From: Gemmatimonadales bacterium
Lineage (GTDB): Bacteria; Gemmatimonadota; Gemmatimonadetes; Gemmatimonadales; GWC2-71-9
DNA: 64,000 bases
NCBI GenBank assembly: GCA_041615815.1
Contig: JBFJCP010000006.1
Span: 76,131 to 140,130 of the forward strand
Direction of reading: 5' to 3'
Shown here: piece by piece, positions 1-10,295 of the stretch
How positions within the stretch are numbered: position 1 is the first letter of the stretch
Layout: every line of letters starts with the position of its first letter
Notes under the pieces: model-generated
The model's database searches: none
What the model saw: the letters and a program-made list of their open reading frames with translations, nothing else
Told to the model about the DNA's origin: nothing
Position numbers and translations under genes: made by a program

Positions 1-719
1 GCGAGGGTGTCGTGATGGGAGTCGATGAGCGTGCGGAGATACGTGCCGATTCGGTCCGCTCCCTCGAAGCCAGCCATCCGGGCTGCCTCTTCTTCACGCT
101 CGGGCGGAATCGCGCCGCTCGCCGCGAAATGTTGGATGTCTTCGTACACGCCAACGGTGAACATATCCCAGGCCGCCCCCGCCTCCCGCTCGAATATCAA
201 GTTCTGGGGTCGGTCTAGCGCCGCGAGGTAGGTGTTTTCCATCTGCCGCTCGCGGCGGAGCTCTTCATACTTGCCAGGCAGCGCGATGAACATCTCCACG
301 TGATAGAAATCTCCCGATCGCAGGACCCGGTCGACCTCGACCACAGCGGGTCCCGTGACATACAGCTCTTCCTTCCATGCCACGACCGGGCGAAGGCGAG
401 CGACGAATTCTGCTGACGAGCCCAATCGCTCGCCAGCGGCGCGTCTCCGCGACACCCGTGCCGGAGAGTAATAGTCGGCAAACCCGGCACCCATTGGAAA
501 GATGAGCATGAGATCCCATTGGTCGCCCTGGCGGTGACGCATCATGAACGGCGGGTGGTCCCCGGCAGCCTCATAGAACGATGAGCGTGCACGAAACGCG
601 TCGATGAGTTCGATCAGGGCTCCGGGCGCCGCACGAACCAGCATGGTCCGGTACAGACCTGTGGTATCTTGTGGCGCTAGACTACCGAAGAGAAGGACCG
701 AGAGCATCAAGGCTGTCAT
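1..719 (-). CDS. Exported hypothetical protein, 3' end truncated by the window edge (possibly NIPSNAP-like alpha/beta barrel repeats)
   Basis: Hand-translated and not in the ORF track. ATG at 719 follows GGAG. Reads MTALMLSVLLFGSLAPQDTTGLYRTMLVRAAPG...FYHVEMFIALPGKYEEL...DSHHDTL and stays open to base 1. Confidence 0.75.
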   Translation of the reverse strand, partial: MTALMLSVLLFGSLAPQDTTGLYRTMLVRAAPGALIELIDAFRARSSFYEAAGDHPPFMMRHRQGDQWDLMLIFPMGAGFADYYSPARVSRRRAAGERLGSSAEFVARLRPVVAWKEELYVTGPAVVEVDRVLRSGDFYHVEMFIALPGKYEELRRERQMENTYLAALDRPQNLIFEREAGAAWDMFTVGVYEDIQHFAASGAIPPEREEEAARMAGFEGADRIGTYLRTLIDSHHDTL

Positions 720-814
720 GGCGACTCCGGGCAAATGGGTGACATCGGGCTCGAAACGTTGATACAGCTTGGTGCCGCCCGCAACCCATCGCTCAGCGGA
801 TATCTTTTGACCTC

Positions 815-1684
815 ATGGACGTCACACTCGTGACCTGTGCCGCGCTGCCAGGGCTCCACTCCGACGACCGCCACCTGCTTCGAGCCCTGAGGCAGGCAGG
901 CCTACAAGCAGAACCGGTGGTGTGGGAAGATCCGTACGTCGACTGGGGGCAATCCCGGCTATCGTTGATTCGCTCATGCTGGGACTACTCCTTTCGTCGT
1001 ACGGCCTTCGTTTCGTGGGCGGAGAGGGTGGACGCGGCGTCGACCCTCTGGAACTCGGCGAAGGTGGTTTCGTGGAACACCCACAAACGATATCTCTGCG
1101 ATCTCGGTGACCGCGGCGTTCCGGTGGTGCCGACCCGCGTGCTCGAGGCCGGGCAGGCCGTCGACCTGAGGGTGTTGATGGGGGACAGCAACTGGAGTGA
1201 CGTGGTCATCAAGGCTGCTGTCGCGCAGTCAGGTCGCTACGCCCGTCGCGTGAGAGCCGACGGGGTCGAGTCCGGCCAGGCGCATCTCGATCATCTTCTG
1301 CCGCACGAAGACATGCTGGTGCAGCCCTTTCTCGGCGCTGTGGAGGAACTTGGGGAGCTCTCGATCGTGTTCATAGACGGCGAGTTGACGCATGCCGTGC
1401 GCAAGCACCCGGCGGAAGGCGATTTTCGGGTGCACGATGACTACGGGGGCTCCGTGGTTCCGGTCTCGCCGAGCGACGCCGAGGCGGCGGCGGCGGTGGC
1501 GGCGGTGCGGGCCGTGGGCGAACGCCTGGTGTATGCGCGGGTCGATCTGGTACACGACGAGCAGCAGCCCGTTGTGATGGAGCTGGAGGTGGTGGAGCCC
1601 GAGCTCTTCTTTCGTCACGCTCCGGAGGCCGTGGACCGGTTGGTGACGGCCATCGAGGCTCAGGTGGGTGGGGTCATCACATGA
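815..1684 (+). CDS. ATP-grasp domain protein (RimK/glutathione synthetase-like)
   Basis: WNTHKRYL, VVIK, LVQPFL, YARVDLV and VMELEVVEPELF ATP-grasp motifs. Confidence 0.85.
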   Translation: MDVTLVTCAALPGLHSDDRHLLRALRQAGLQAEPVVWEDPYVDWGQSRLSLIRSCWDYSFRRTAFVSWAERVDAASTLWNSAKVVSWNTHKRYLCDLGDRGVPVVPTRVLEAGQAVDLRVLMGDSNWSDVVIKAAVAQSGRYARRVRADGVESGQAHLDHLLPHEDMLVQPFLGAVEELGELSIVFIDGELTHAVRKHPAEGDFRVHDDYGGSVVPVSPSDAEAAAAVAAVRAVGERLVYARVDLVHDEQQPVVMELEVVEPELFFRHAPEAVDRLVTAIEAQVGGVIT

Positions 1685-2391
1685 GCGCGCATCCCTGGAC
1701 GCCGCACGCGCTCGCCATGAAAGCGTACCATCGGGGAGACCGGGAAGCGACGATTGTCGTCCACGACGACTTCGCTGGCCGGGAGGAGCATCCGGTCGCG
1801 TACTTCTTCCGCGAGCCCGCCGCCTTTGCGGAATGGGAACGGATCGCGCTGGATGCCTGTCGAGGGTGGGTACTGGACGTTGGTGCCGGTTCGGGTTGTC
1901 ACACCCTCGCACTCCTGGAACGTGGACTGCGGGTGACTGCACTCGAGATCGTACCGGAGTTGGTCGCGATCATGCGGGAGCGAGGCGTCCCGGACGTTCG
2001 GGTAGGGAGTGTGTTCGATTTCGTTGACGGTCCCTTCGATACGGTACTCCTGATGATGAATGGGTTCGGCCTCGCCGAATCATTGTCGGGATTGACCCAC
2101 CTTCTCGAGCGGTTCCACGCGCTCGTCGCACCCAACGGTCAGGTCGTCGCGGATTCGTGTGACTTGCGGGATCGCGTTCCTACGGGGCTCTCGACTCGTG
2201 CCGACGGCCGTTACATAGGAGAGATCGATTTTCAATTGGAGTTTCGTGGAACGAAGGGGGGTGTGTTCCAACAGCTCTACGTGGACCCGGACACTCTCAG
2301 CGCGCATGCTTCGGCAACAGGATGGAGCAGCGAAATCCTTTGTTATAGCGAGGGTGGTGGGTATCTGGCACGGCTGCGATCCGCTTCCTGA
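1681..2391 (+). CDS. Class I SAM-dependent methyltransferase
   Basis: VLDVGAGSG motif I and FDTVLLMMNG. ATGA overlap with the upstream gene. Confidence 0.9.
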   Translation: MSAHPWTPHALAMKAYHRGDREATIVVHDDFAGREEHPVAYFFREPAAFAEWERIALDACRGWVLDVGAGSGCHTLALLERGLRVTALEIVPELVAIMRERGVPDVRVGSVFDFVDGPFDTVLLMMNGFGLAESLSGLTHLLERFHALVAPNGQVVADSCDLRDRVPTGLSTRADGRYIGEIDFQLEFRGTKGGVFQQLYVDPDTLSAHASATGWSSEILCYSEGGGYLARLRSAS

Positions 2392-2491
2392 GCGTGGGTC
2401 GCGTGACCGCTGTCGGAGTTCTGTTCACCTTGCCCCTTCTGCGATTGGCCGTGTATGATCCGGCCGTTCCCGCATCCCTGGTAGAGGCGAA

Positions 2492-3172
2492 ATGCGCCGC
2501 GCGCTGACCCTGTATCGCTCATCGGTTGGGAAGAAGGTGGCGATGGCGGTAACCGGCATCGTGCTGTTCCTCTTCGTGGTGGGCCACATGCTGGGCAACC
2601 TCAAGATTTTCCAAGGTCCCGAGAAATTCAACGCTTATGCCGAATTCCTTCGGGAAATCGGTGACCCCATTCTTGGTCACGGCCAGTTTCTCTGGATTGC
2701 GCGCCTTGGTTTGTTGCTTGCTGTTGGAATACATATCGTTGCTGCGGTGCAACTCACGCGAATGAGCCGCGCCGCGCGACCTGTGAAGTACAAACGCGCG
2801 CTCGAGCCGGACGCGTCGACGTACGCGTCTCGTACAATGCGGTGGGGCGGTGCGATCATCGCCGCCTTCGTCATTTACCACCTGTTGCACTTCACATTTG
2901 GGACCGTGCATCCCGACTTCGTGGCGGGTTCGGTATATCACAACGTCATCGTGGGGTTCCAAGATTGGATCGTCGCAGGCTCCTACATGGTGGCCGTCGG
3001 TGTACTCGGGATGCATCTGTATCATGGGGTGTGGAGTGTGTTCCAAACGCTTGGTGCCAATAATCCTCGGTACAATCGACTTCGTCGACCGGCGGCCACG
3101 GCAGCTGCGCTTATCATTTTTTTCGGGTTTGTCGCGGTTCCGCTGTCTGTGCTCGCGGGTCTCGTGCAATAG
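2492..3172 (+). CDS. sdhC: Succinate dehydrogenase cytochrome b558 subunit
   Basis: SSVGKKVAMAVTG, HMLGNL, HLYHG; five TM helices with haem-ligand His; lies upstream of sdhA. Confidence 0.95.
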   Translation: MRRALTLYRSSVGKKVAMAVTGIVLFLFVVGHMLGNLKIFQGPEKFNAYAEFLREIGDPILGHGQFLWIARLGLLLAVGIHIVAAVQLTRMSRAARPVKYKRALEPDASTYASRTMRWGGAIIAAFVIYHLLHFTFGTVHPDFVAGSVYHNVIVGFQDWIVAGSYMVAVGVLGMHLYHGVWSVFQTLGANNPRYNRLRRPAATAAALIIFFGFVAVPLSVLAGLVQ

Positions 3173-3190
3173 TCCATGAGAGAGTCCGAC

Positions 3191-5104
3191 ATGGATCTCC
3201 ACGCGCAGGTTCCTAGCGGGCCGATCGAGAAGAAGTGGGACCAGCATCGGCAGGATCTCAAGCTCGTGAACCCCGCAAACAAGCGGAAGTTCGACATCAT
3301 CGTGGTCGGGACCGGACTGGCCGGGGCGTCAGCCGCCGCGACGCTTGCTGAGCTCGGCTACAAGGTCAAGGCATTCTGCTTTCACGACAGCCCCCGCCGT
3401 GCCCATAGCATCGCCGCACAGGGAGGGATCAACGCCGCCAAGAATTATCAGAATGATGGCGATAGCGTTTGGCGGTTGTTCTACGATACGGTGAAAGGGG
3501 GAGACTTTCGATCACGCGAAGCGAATGTTTACCGGCTCGCGCAAATCAGCCTCAACATCATCGATCAGTGCGTAGCGCAAGGCGTCCCGTTTGCCCGGGA
3601 GTACGGTGGTCTCCTTGCCAATCGGTCCTTTGGTGGCGCCCAAGTCTCCCGAACGTTCTACGCTCGCGGGCAAACAGGACAGCAGCTGCTGTTGGGCGCG
3701 TATCAAGCACTCGAACGGCAAATCGCTGCCGGCAACGTTGAGATGTTTCCGCGCACCGAAATGCTCGACATCGTCGTCGTGGAGGGCAAAGCGCGCGGTA
3801 TCGTAGTGCGCGATTTGGTGAGCGGCGCGATTAGCTCGCACGCCGGCGACGCCGTGGTCCTGGGTACCGGCGGTTATAGCAACGTGTATTTCCTTTCGAC
3901 CAACGCGAAAGGATGCAACGTCACGGCCACTTGGCGCGCTCACAAGCGGGGAGCGGCATTTGCAAATCCCTGCTTCACACAGATTCACCCCACCTGTATT
4001 CCGCCAAGCGGTGAATATCAGTCCAAACTCACATTGATGAGCGAGTCGTTACGAAACGATGGGCGGATCTGGGTGCCAACCAGGAAAGGCGACGCACGGC
4101 CTGCCAATCAGATTCCGGAAGGTGACCGCGACTACTACTTGGAACGGCTCTACCCGAGCTTTGGCAATCTCACGCCTCGGGACATAGCCTCTCGAAGAGC
4201 CAAGGATGCCTGTGATGAGGGCCGGGGAGTTGGTGAGACTGGCGTCGGCGTCTATCTGGATTTCCGAGACGCCATCGAGCGACTTGGCCGTGGCGTTATC
4301 GAAGATCGCTATGGCAACCTCTTCGACATTTACCAACAGATCACCGGCGAAGATCCCTATCACGTACCGATGCGGATCTATCCCGCGCCTCATTACACGA
4401 TGGGGGGATTGTGGGTGGATTACAATTTGATGAGCACCATTCCCGGGCTCTACGTGATCGGCGAGGCGAACTTCTCGGATCACGGTGCCAACCGTCTGGG
4501 CGCCAGTGCGCTCATGCAGGGTCTCGCCGATGGATACTTCGTGCTTCCGTACACCATTGGTGATTATCTGGCCCAGACCGACCTCGCGAAGCTGGACGAA
4601 AAGCACGCGCAATTCCGGACGGTGGAAGGTGAAGTTTCGAGCCGTGTCAGCAAACTGTTGTCTGTCAACGGATCCCGATCGGTGGATTCGTTCCACAAGG
4701 AGTTGGGACGACTCATGTGGGATCGCTGCGGAATGTCTCGCACTCGCGCAGGGCTCGAGAGCGCCATCGAGCGCATTGGCGGGTTACGCGACGAGTTTTG
4801 GAGCGATGTCAGAATCACCGGGTCGGCCGGAGACCTGAATCAGACCTTGGAGAAAGCCGGGCGCGTGGCCGATTTCCTCGAGTTCGCCGAACTCATGTGT
4901 CACGATGCCCTGGACCGAGAGGAGTCGTGCGGAGCCCATTTTCGTGAGGAATACCAAACGCCGGAGGGGGAGGCAAGACGCAACGACGAGCAGTACGCGT
5001 ATGTCGCAACCTGGGAGTTCGCCGGGGTGGGGTGCCGACCCCGTCTCCTGAAAGAGCCACTGACCTTCGAATACGTGGCTCTTGCCCAGCGGAGCTACAA
5101 GTAA
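3191..5104 (+). CDS. sdhA: Succinate dehydrogenase/fumarate reductase flavoprotein subunit
   Basis: [21 protein letters not shown] (covalent FAD His), QIHPT, HYTMGG, HGANRLG. Alternative start at 3176. Confidence 0.97.
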   Translation: MDLHAQVPSGPIEKKWDQHRQDLKLVNPANKRKFDIIVVGTGLAGASAAATLAELGYKVKAFCFHDSPRRAHSIAAQGGINAAKNYQNDGDSVWRLFYDTVKGGDFRSREANVYRLAQISLNIIDQCVAQGVPFAREYGGLLANRSFGGAQVSRTFYARGQTGQQLLLGAYQALERQIAAGNVEMFPRTEMLDIVVVEGKARGIVVRDLVSGAISSHAGDAVVLGTGGYSNVYFLSTNAKGCNVTATWRAHKRGAAFANPCFTQIHPTCIPPSGEYQSKLTLMSESLRNDGRIWVPTRKGDARPANQIPEGDRDYYLERLYPSFGNLTPRDIASRRAKDACDEGRGVGETGVGVYLDFRDAIERLGRGVIEDRYGNLFDIYQQITGEDPYHVPMRIYPAPHYTMGGLWVDYNLMSTIPGLYVIGEANFSDHGANRLGASALMQGLADGYFVLPYTIGDYLAQTDLAKLDEKHAQFRTVEGEVSSRVSKLLSVNGSRSVDSFHKELGRLMWDRCGMSRTRAGLESAIERIGGLRDEFWSDVRITGSAGDLNQTLEKAGRVADFLEFAELMCHDALDREESCGAHFREEYQTPEGEARRNDEQYAYVATWEFAGVGCRPRLLKEPLTFEYVALAQRSYK

Positions 5105-5859
5105 TGAATCTCGTCTTGCATGTGTGGCGACAATCGCGGCCGGGGGATCGCGGCCGGTTCGAACGCCATGAAGCCAACGATGTCAGCCCCAACATGTCTT
5201 TCCTGGAGTTGCTGGACGTCATCAACGAGCGTCTCGTGGCGAGCGGCGAAGAGCCGATTGCGTTCGAGCACGACTGTCGAGAAGGTATCTGCGGTTCCTG
5301 CGGCATAGTCATCAACGGCTCTGCCCACGGACCGCTGCAAGGCGTGACCGCCTGTCAGCTTCACTTGCGTTCGTTCCGTGACGGAAACCAGATATGGGTG
5401 GAGCCGTGGCGCGCCAGGGCCTTTCCAGTATTGAAGGACCTGGTAGTGGATCGGAGTGCGCTGGACCGGATTATCCAGGCGGGTGGCTTCATCTCCGTAC
5501 GCACGGGGAGCGCACCAGACGCGAACGCCATCCCCATCCCCAAACCGAATGCGGATTTGGCCTTCGACGCCGCGACTTGCATTGGCTGCGGTGCGTGCGT
5601 CGCGGCATGCCCCAACGCCTCGGCCATGCTCTTCACGGCGGCCAAGGTGAGCCACTTGGCCCTGCTTCCCCAGGGCCAGCCCGAGCGCTTGCACCGCGTG
5701 GCCTCCATGGTGGCCCAGATGGACACGGAAGGGTTCGGGAACTGCACCAACCACGGTGAGTGCCAAGTCGCCTGTCCGAAAGAAATCAGTGTCGACCACA
5801 TTGCGTGGCTGAATCGAGATTTGGTCCGGGCGTTGGCCCTCGGGCCGGTGGCCGAGTAG
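5104..5859 (+). CDS. sdhB: Succinate dehydrogenase iron-sulfur subunit
   Basis: [34 protein letters not shown] overlaps the sdhA TAA (TAATG). Confidence 0.97.
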   Translation: MNLVLHVWRQSRPGDRGRFERHEANDVSPNMSFLELLDVINERLVASGEEPIAFEHDCREGICGSCGIVINGSAHGPLQGVTACQLHLRSFRDGNQIWVEPWRARAFPVLKDLVVDRSALDRIIQAGGFISVRTGSAPDANAIPIPKPNADLAFDAATCIGCGACVAACPNASAMLFTAAKVSHLALLPQGQPERLHRVASMVAQMDTEGFGNCTNHGECQVACPKEISVDHIAWLNRDLVRALALGPVAE

Positions 5860-5943
5860 CCTTCCAGCACCCCTACAACATTCTCACGTCTTCCCGTATC
5901 TAATTCCCCAAAGCACATAGAGCCGACGGGAGCAGCGAAGGGA

Positions 5944-6498
5944 GTGCGGGACCTGACGGATCGAGTGGAGATGACTTCGGCAGACGCCGACGCCGTGGAT
6001 GTGGAGTTCGCGATCAGCGGTGACTCCCGAGCCTTCGAGCGGCTCTACCGACGGCACGTGCCGCGGATCAACAGCCTCGCGCGCTGGCTCCTGGGAGACG
6101 ACGACGTGGAGGACGTGGTGCAGGACGTCTTCGTCCGTGCCTGGCAAAAACTCGGCACGTTCCGTGGAGAGTCGGCGTGGGGGACCTGGCTCCATCGGCT
6201 GGCCACGAACGTCATCCTGAGGCGTCGAGCCAAGCGCCGGACTCGCGCGGATCGGTTCTCGGGATCGCTTGCGGATCTCGCCCGGTCGTCGGCAACCACC
6301 AGCTCACCGGGGCTCCGCGTCGACTTGGAAGCGGCCGTCGACGGCCTGCCTGAGCGGGCGCGCCAAGTATTTGTGCTGCACGACATGGAAGGCTTCAAGC
6401 ACCAGGAGATCGCGGACGCGCTTGGGATCTCGATCGGGACGTCGCGCTCGCAGCTCCATCACGCCCGAATGGCGCTTCGCAAGCACCTCGAGGGCTGA
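5944..6498 (+). CDS. ECF RNA polymerase sigma factor
   Basis: AFERLYRRH, EDVVQDVF and TWLHR (region 2); VFVLHDMEGFKHQEIA...GTSRSQLHHAR (region 4). Start may be 5965 or 5971. Confidence 0.93.
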   Translation: MRDLTDRVEMTSADADAVDVEFAISGDSRAFERLYRRHVPRINSLARWLLGDDDVEDVVQDVFVRAWQKLGTFRGESAWGTWLHRLATNVILRRRAKRRTRADRFSGSLADLARSSATTSSPGLRVDLEAAVDGLPERARQVFVLHDMEGFKHQEIADALGISIGTSRSQLHHARMALRKHLEG

Positions 6499-6515
6499 AG
6501 AAAGAGGGAATACCA

Positions 6516-7202
6516 ATGTCGGATCATTGGGCGACCAAACTATCTGCCTATCTCGATGACGAGCTAGCGCCTGAGGACGCGGCGGCGCTGGAGGCTCACC
6601 TCACGCGCTGCGAGGAATGTGTGACAGCGCTCGGGGAGTTACGGGCAGTGATGGCGTGGGCCGACTCCTATCCCGGACGAGCCCCGGCGACGGACGTATG
6701 GCCGCGGATAAGCGCTCGGCTTCACCACACGCGTGGTGGGCCCGTGGATCTTCTCAACGAGCGCAGCGGCAGACCTCCTTGGCTCATTGGAGCACTGCCG
6801 AAGGCTCTGGCGGCCGGCATCGCGCTGATGGCGGTGGCCGGGGGCAGCTGGCTGCTTGGCCGCGCCAGTGCACCTGCGGTTCCCGCGCTGGCGGTGATTC
6901 CCGTGGCCGAGATGCGGGGAGTACCGTCGACTGACGTGACGATGTTACAGGCCGAGAAATATGCCGCGGCCATTGCGGAGCTCGAGATGGCCTTGAGTGC
7001 TCGGACGGCCGGGCTCGATTCCGGTACTGTCCGAATTCTCAACGAGAAACTGCATGTGATCGATCGCGCCATTGCGGACGCGCGGAGGGCGCTGGCGTCG
7101 GATCCGAACAGCGCGTATTTGGCGCAGCACTTCACGAGGATGATGCGACACAAGCTGATCCTGTTGCGGAACGCACCCAGGTTCACGGTGACGCAGGGTT
7201 AG
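6516..7202 (+). CDS. zf-HC2 membrane anti-sigma factor
   Basis: LSAYLDDEL...HLTRCEEC zinc motif and one TM segment, directly after the ECF sigma. Confidence 0.88.
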   Translation: MSDHWATKLSAYLDDELAPEDAAALEAHLTRCEECVTALGELRAVMAWADSYPGRAPATDVWPRISARLHHTRGGPVDLLNERSGRPPWLIGALPKALAAGIALMAVAGGSWLLGRASAPAVPALAVIPVAEMRGVPSTDVTMLQAEKYAAAIAELEMALSARTAGLDSGTVRILNEKLHVIDRAIADARRALASDPNSAYLAQHFTRMMRHKLILLRNAPRFTVTQG

Positions 7203-7216
7203 GGGAGGATTGAACC

Positions 7217-8152
7217 ATGTTGATGACGATAGCCGGTGGCATTATGGCCGCGCTTACACTCGTTCAGCAGACGGATACGACCTTTGCGGTGGACCCTGCC
7301 GCACGGATCAATGTGAGCAACTACGCAGGTGGAATCGTCGTGCGGACCTGGACTCGGAATGCCGTGCGTGTCCAGGCCAGCCACTCCAGGCGGGACCAGA
7401 TCATCGTCGATCGGGCAGGAGCCGAGGTCCGGATCCGGTCCGCCAATTGGCGGCGCGACGCAGACCACTTCGACGTCCAGATCGATGGTCCCGATCGGGT
7501 CGGCGTACAGATCCGGTCTCCGCGACGGCCATCGATCATCGACTATGAGATCACGGTTCCCGCTAGCGCACCTCTCGATCTCGGTGGCCCCTATACCGAC
7601 GTGACCGCCGAGGGAGTCAACGGGGAAGTGAGCATCAAAGTGAATGAAGGGGACGTCTCTATCCGCGGCGGCTCGGGTAGAGTGACTGCTCAAACCGTCG
7701 AAGGTGACATCACGGTCCGGCGTGCCCAGGGGAACATCCGACTCGTATCGGTGGATGGCGATATCACCTTGGAGGACGCCAGCGGGGATATCCTGGCGGA
7801 GACCACCGACGGGGAGATCCGGATGGTGAATATCAACTCATCCAATGTCGAGGCCTTCTCCGTGGACGGCGACGTGTGGTTCTCTGGTACGATCCAAGCG
7901 CGGGGGCGATACAGCTTCAACACGCACGACGGAGATGTGACGGTCTACGTGCCTCGCGCCACGAGCGCGCGGATCACCGTCGCCACCTTTGACGGGGAAT
8001 TCAGTACCGACTTTCCCTTCACGCTGGACACGCGGAGGGTCCGAGGACACCGGTTCACGTTTTCCGTGGGCTCGGGGGCCGCCGAAATCGACGTCGAAGC
8101 GTTCGACGGCGACATCGAACTGCGGTACCTAGAGCGAAGACCAGCCCGATAA
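7217..8152 (+). CDS. DUF4097-like beta-strand repeat exported protein
   Basis: Signal-like N-terminus; repeated (T/V)xxGD(I/V) units; GGAGG SD. Confidence 0.85.
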   Translation: MLMTIAGGIMAALTLVQQTDTTFAVDPAARINVSNYAGGIVVRTWTRNAVRVQASHSRRDQIIVDRAGAEVRIRSANWRRDADHFDVQIDGPDRVGVQIRSPRRPSIIDYEITVPASAPLDLGGPYTDVTAEGVNGEVSIKVNEGDVSIRGGSGRVTAQTVEGDITVRRAQGNIRLVSVDGDITLEDASGDILAETTDGEIRMVNINSSNVEAFSVDGDVWFSGTIQARGRYSFNTHDGDVTVYVPRATSARITVATFDGEFSTDFPFTLDTRRVRGHRFTFSVGSGAAEIDVEAFDGDIELRYLERRPAR

Positions 8153-8174
8153 TCGTCAGGCCACTGCCGACGGT

Positions 8175-8214
8175 CAGGCCCCGCGAACCGAGCGGTCCGC
8201 GGGGCCTGTTCTTT
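8175..8214 (+). terminator. Intrinsic terminator after the ECF operon
   Basis: CAGGCCCCGCG...CGCGGGGCCTG stem followed by TTCTTT. Confidence 0.7.
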
Positions 8215-8269
8215 GCGAGTCCAAGGCCGCAGCTTATCGTCGCACCGCGCGACAACGGGAGATCGCAAC

Positions 8270-9550
8270 GTGACCGGGAGCCACAACGGACGCGCCTCCA
8301 CCTTCTGGACCAGCTTTGGGCCCGGACTGCTGTGGGCCGCCGCCGCGATCGGGGTGTCGCACCTCGTCCAATCAACGCGAGCCGGGGCCATCGGCGGTTT
8401 TGCCCTGACGGGCGTCATTCTGTTGGCGCTCGTCCTGAAGTATCCCTTCTTCGAGTTCGGACCACGATACGCCGCGGCCACCGGCGCCAGCCTAGTGGAG
8501 GGGTACCGTCGGATCGGGCCGTGGGCTCTGTGGCTCTACTTGGGGATCACGCTCGCGACCGCCTGGATCGTGCAGGTGACCGTGGTCTTATTCACGGCCT
8601 TCCTGATTCAGTATGTGTTCGGCTTGCATTGGCCCATCGCGGCTGTTGCGGGGTTGTTGGTGCTTCTCTGCGCGGCCCTGCTGTGGGTGGGGCGCTTCAG
8701 ACTCCTGGATGCCACGATCAAGGTGATCCTGGTGTTCCTCGCCCTCTCGACCCTCGCAGCGGCGGTGGTCACTATCCCGCGAGCACCATTGGACTCGCTG
8801 GCGCTGTGGCCGGCGGGTGCCATCGGATCCGTCGTGCCCGCGGCCTTCCTGCTGGCGTTGATGGGCTGGATGCCCTCAGCAATCGACATCTCCGTGTGGA
8901 GCTCACTCTGGACGCTGGCCAAGGACGAAACAGTAGGAGCCCAGGCCTCGGTTGGGACCGCCCGGCTCGACTTTTTCATCGGCTACGCGGGGACCGGTGT
9001 CCTCGCATTTGCGTTTCTCACCTTGGGGGCGGGCGTCATGTTCGGCTCCGGAGCGGAGTTCAGTGAAGCCGGGACCGTGTTCTCGACGCAGCTCGTGGAG
9101 TTGTACAGTGCGACGCTCGGCGCCTGGACCCGACCGGTGGTACTTGTCGCCGTGACGACTACGATGCTCTCGACATCGCTCACGGTGGTGGATGGCTTCC
9201 CGCGTGCCATTGACCGCTCGGTGGCCAACGTCTTGACGCCCGACACCGGCTCGAGGGCCCACCCGGTGGGCCGGGTCTACTGGCTGAGCATCGCGCTGCT
9301 GGGAATCACGACCGTCGTCGTGCTCCACCTGTTTGCCGGTACGCTCACGACCATGGTGGATTTCGCCACGATCGTGTCATTCCTTACCGCTCCCGTCCTC
9401 GGTTTTCTCAACCTCAAGGCCGTGACCTCCGCCGAGGTACCGCCGGAACACCGCCCTGGCCTGGCCATGCGGATACTCTCCTGGACGGGACTGCTGCTCC
9501 TCGGCGGTACCGGGGGTGTCTATCTCGTCTGGCGCTTTCTGCTGATTTAG
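8270..9550 (+). CDS. NRAMP-family divalent metal cation transporter
   Basis: GPGLLWAAAAIGVSHLVQSTRAGA, KYPFFEFGPRY, MGWMP; ~11 TM. GTG start chosen after GGAG. Confidence 0.85.
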   Translation: MTGSHNGRASTFWTSFGPGLLWAAAAIGVSHLVQSTRAGAIGGFALTGVILLALVLKYPFFEFGPRYAAATGASLVEGYRRIGPWALWLYLGITLATAWIVQVTVVLFTAFLIQYVFGLHWPIAAVAGLLVLLCAALLWVGRFRLLDATIKVILVFLALSTLAAAVVTIPRAPLDSLALWPAGAIGSVVPAAFLLALMGWMPSAIDISVWSSLWTLAKDETVGAQASVGTARLDFFIGYAGTGVLAFAFLTLGAGVMFGSGAEFSEAGTVFSTQLVELYSATLGAWTRPVVLVAVTTTMLSTSLTVVDGFPRAIDRSVANVLTPDTGSRAHPVGRVYWLSIALLGITTVVVLHLFAGTLTTMVDFATIVSFLTAPVLGFLNLKAVTSAEVPPEHRPGLAMRILSWTGLLLLGGTGGVYLVWRFLLI

Positions 9551-9578
9551 TCCAGGCGGCACACGAACAACCGGTACC

Positions 9579-10295
9579 TCATTGGGCCTCTGGCTCTTGG
9601 TGGTTGGCGTCAAATCGATAGCCAACCTTGCGTACCGTGCGAATATGAGTGGGATTTGCAGGGTCGGCCTCGAGTTTTCTTCTGAGTTCGGCGACGTGCG
9701 TGTCGACAGTGCGACTCAAGACCGACGCGTTGTACCCCCACACCTCTTTCATGAGGTCTTGCCGCGACACCACGGTGCCCCGGCGATTCAGCAGCGCGAC
9801 CAAGAGATCGTACTCCTTCGGGGTGAGCGGCACCGCTTCGCCCCGCCGGCGCACGACCCGTGCGGCAAGATCCACCTCGACGTGCCCAAAACGCTCGAGT
9901 GCGGGTTGCGCTGCCCCATCTCGGGTCTCGTCTCCCGCCCGTCGCAGGAGCGCTTCGACGCGAGCCAGTAGCTCCAGCACGCCAAATGGCTTGGTGACGT
10001 AGTCGTCCGCACCGAGCTTCAGGCCGCGCACTTTGTCGGTCTCCTCGCCACGAGCGGTGAGCACCAATACAGGATTGCGGTAACCGCGCCGGCGAAGCTC
10101 GTGGAGCACCCTGAAGCCGTCCATTTCGGGAATCATTAGATCGAGAATGACGAGATCGGGGGCGGTCTGGGTGGCTTCGGCAAGCCCGGCCCGGCCATCA
10201 CCGGCAATGGCAACCTCGTAGCCTTCGATTTCCAGATTGTTTCGAAGACCAAACGCAAGATCCTCGTTGTCCTCGATCACGAGCACTCGGGTCAT
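9579..10295 (-). CDS. OmpR/PhoB-family response regulator
   Basis: MTRVLVIEDN, DLVILDLM, GADDYVTKPF, and winged-helix RTVDTHVAELRRKL. ATGA overlap with the kinase. Confidence 0.95.
   Translation of the reverse strand: MTRVLVIEDNEDLAFGLRNNLEIEGYEVAIAGDGRAGLAEATQTAPDLVILDLMIPEMDGFRVLHELRRRGYRNPVLVLTARGEETDKVRGLKLGADDYVTKPFGVLELLARVEALLRRAGDETRDGAAQPALERFGHVEVDLAARVVRRRGEAVPLTPKEYDLLVALLNRRGTVVSRQDLMKEVWGYNASVLSRTVDTHVAELRRKLEADPANPTHIRTVRKVGYRFDANHQEPEAQ

Noticed and set aside
2492..5859. Missing sdhD as an anomaly
   Set aside because: A single five-TM dihaem anchor is a known three-subunit SDH type.
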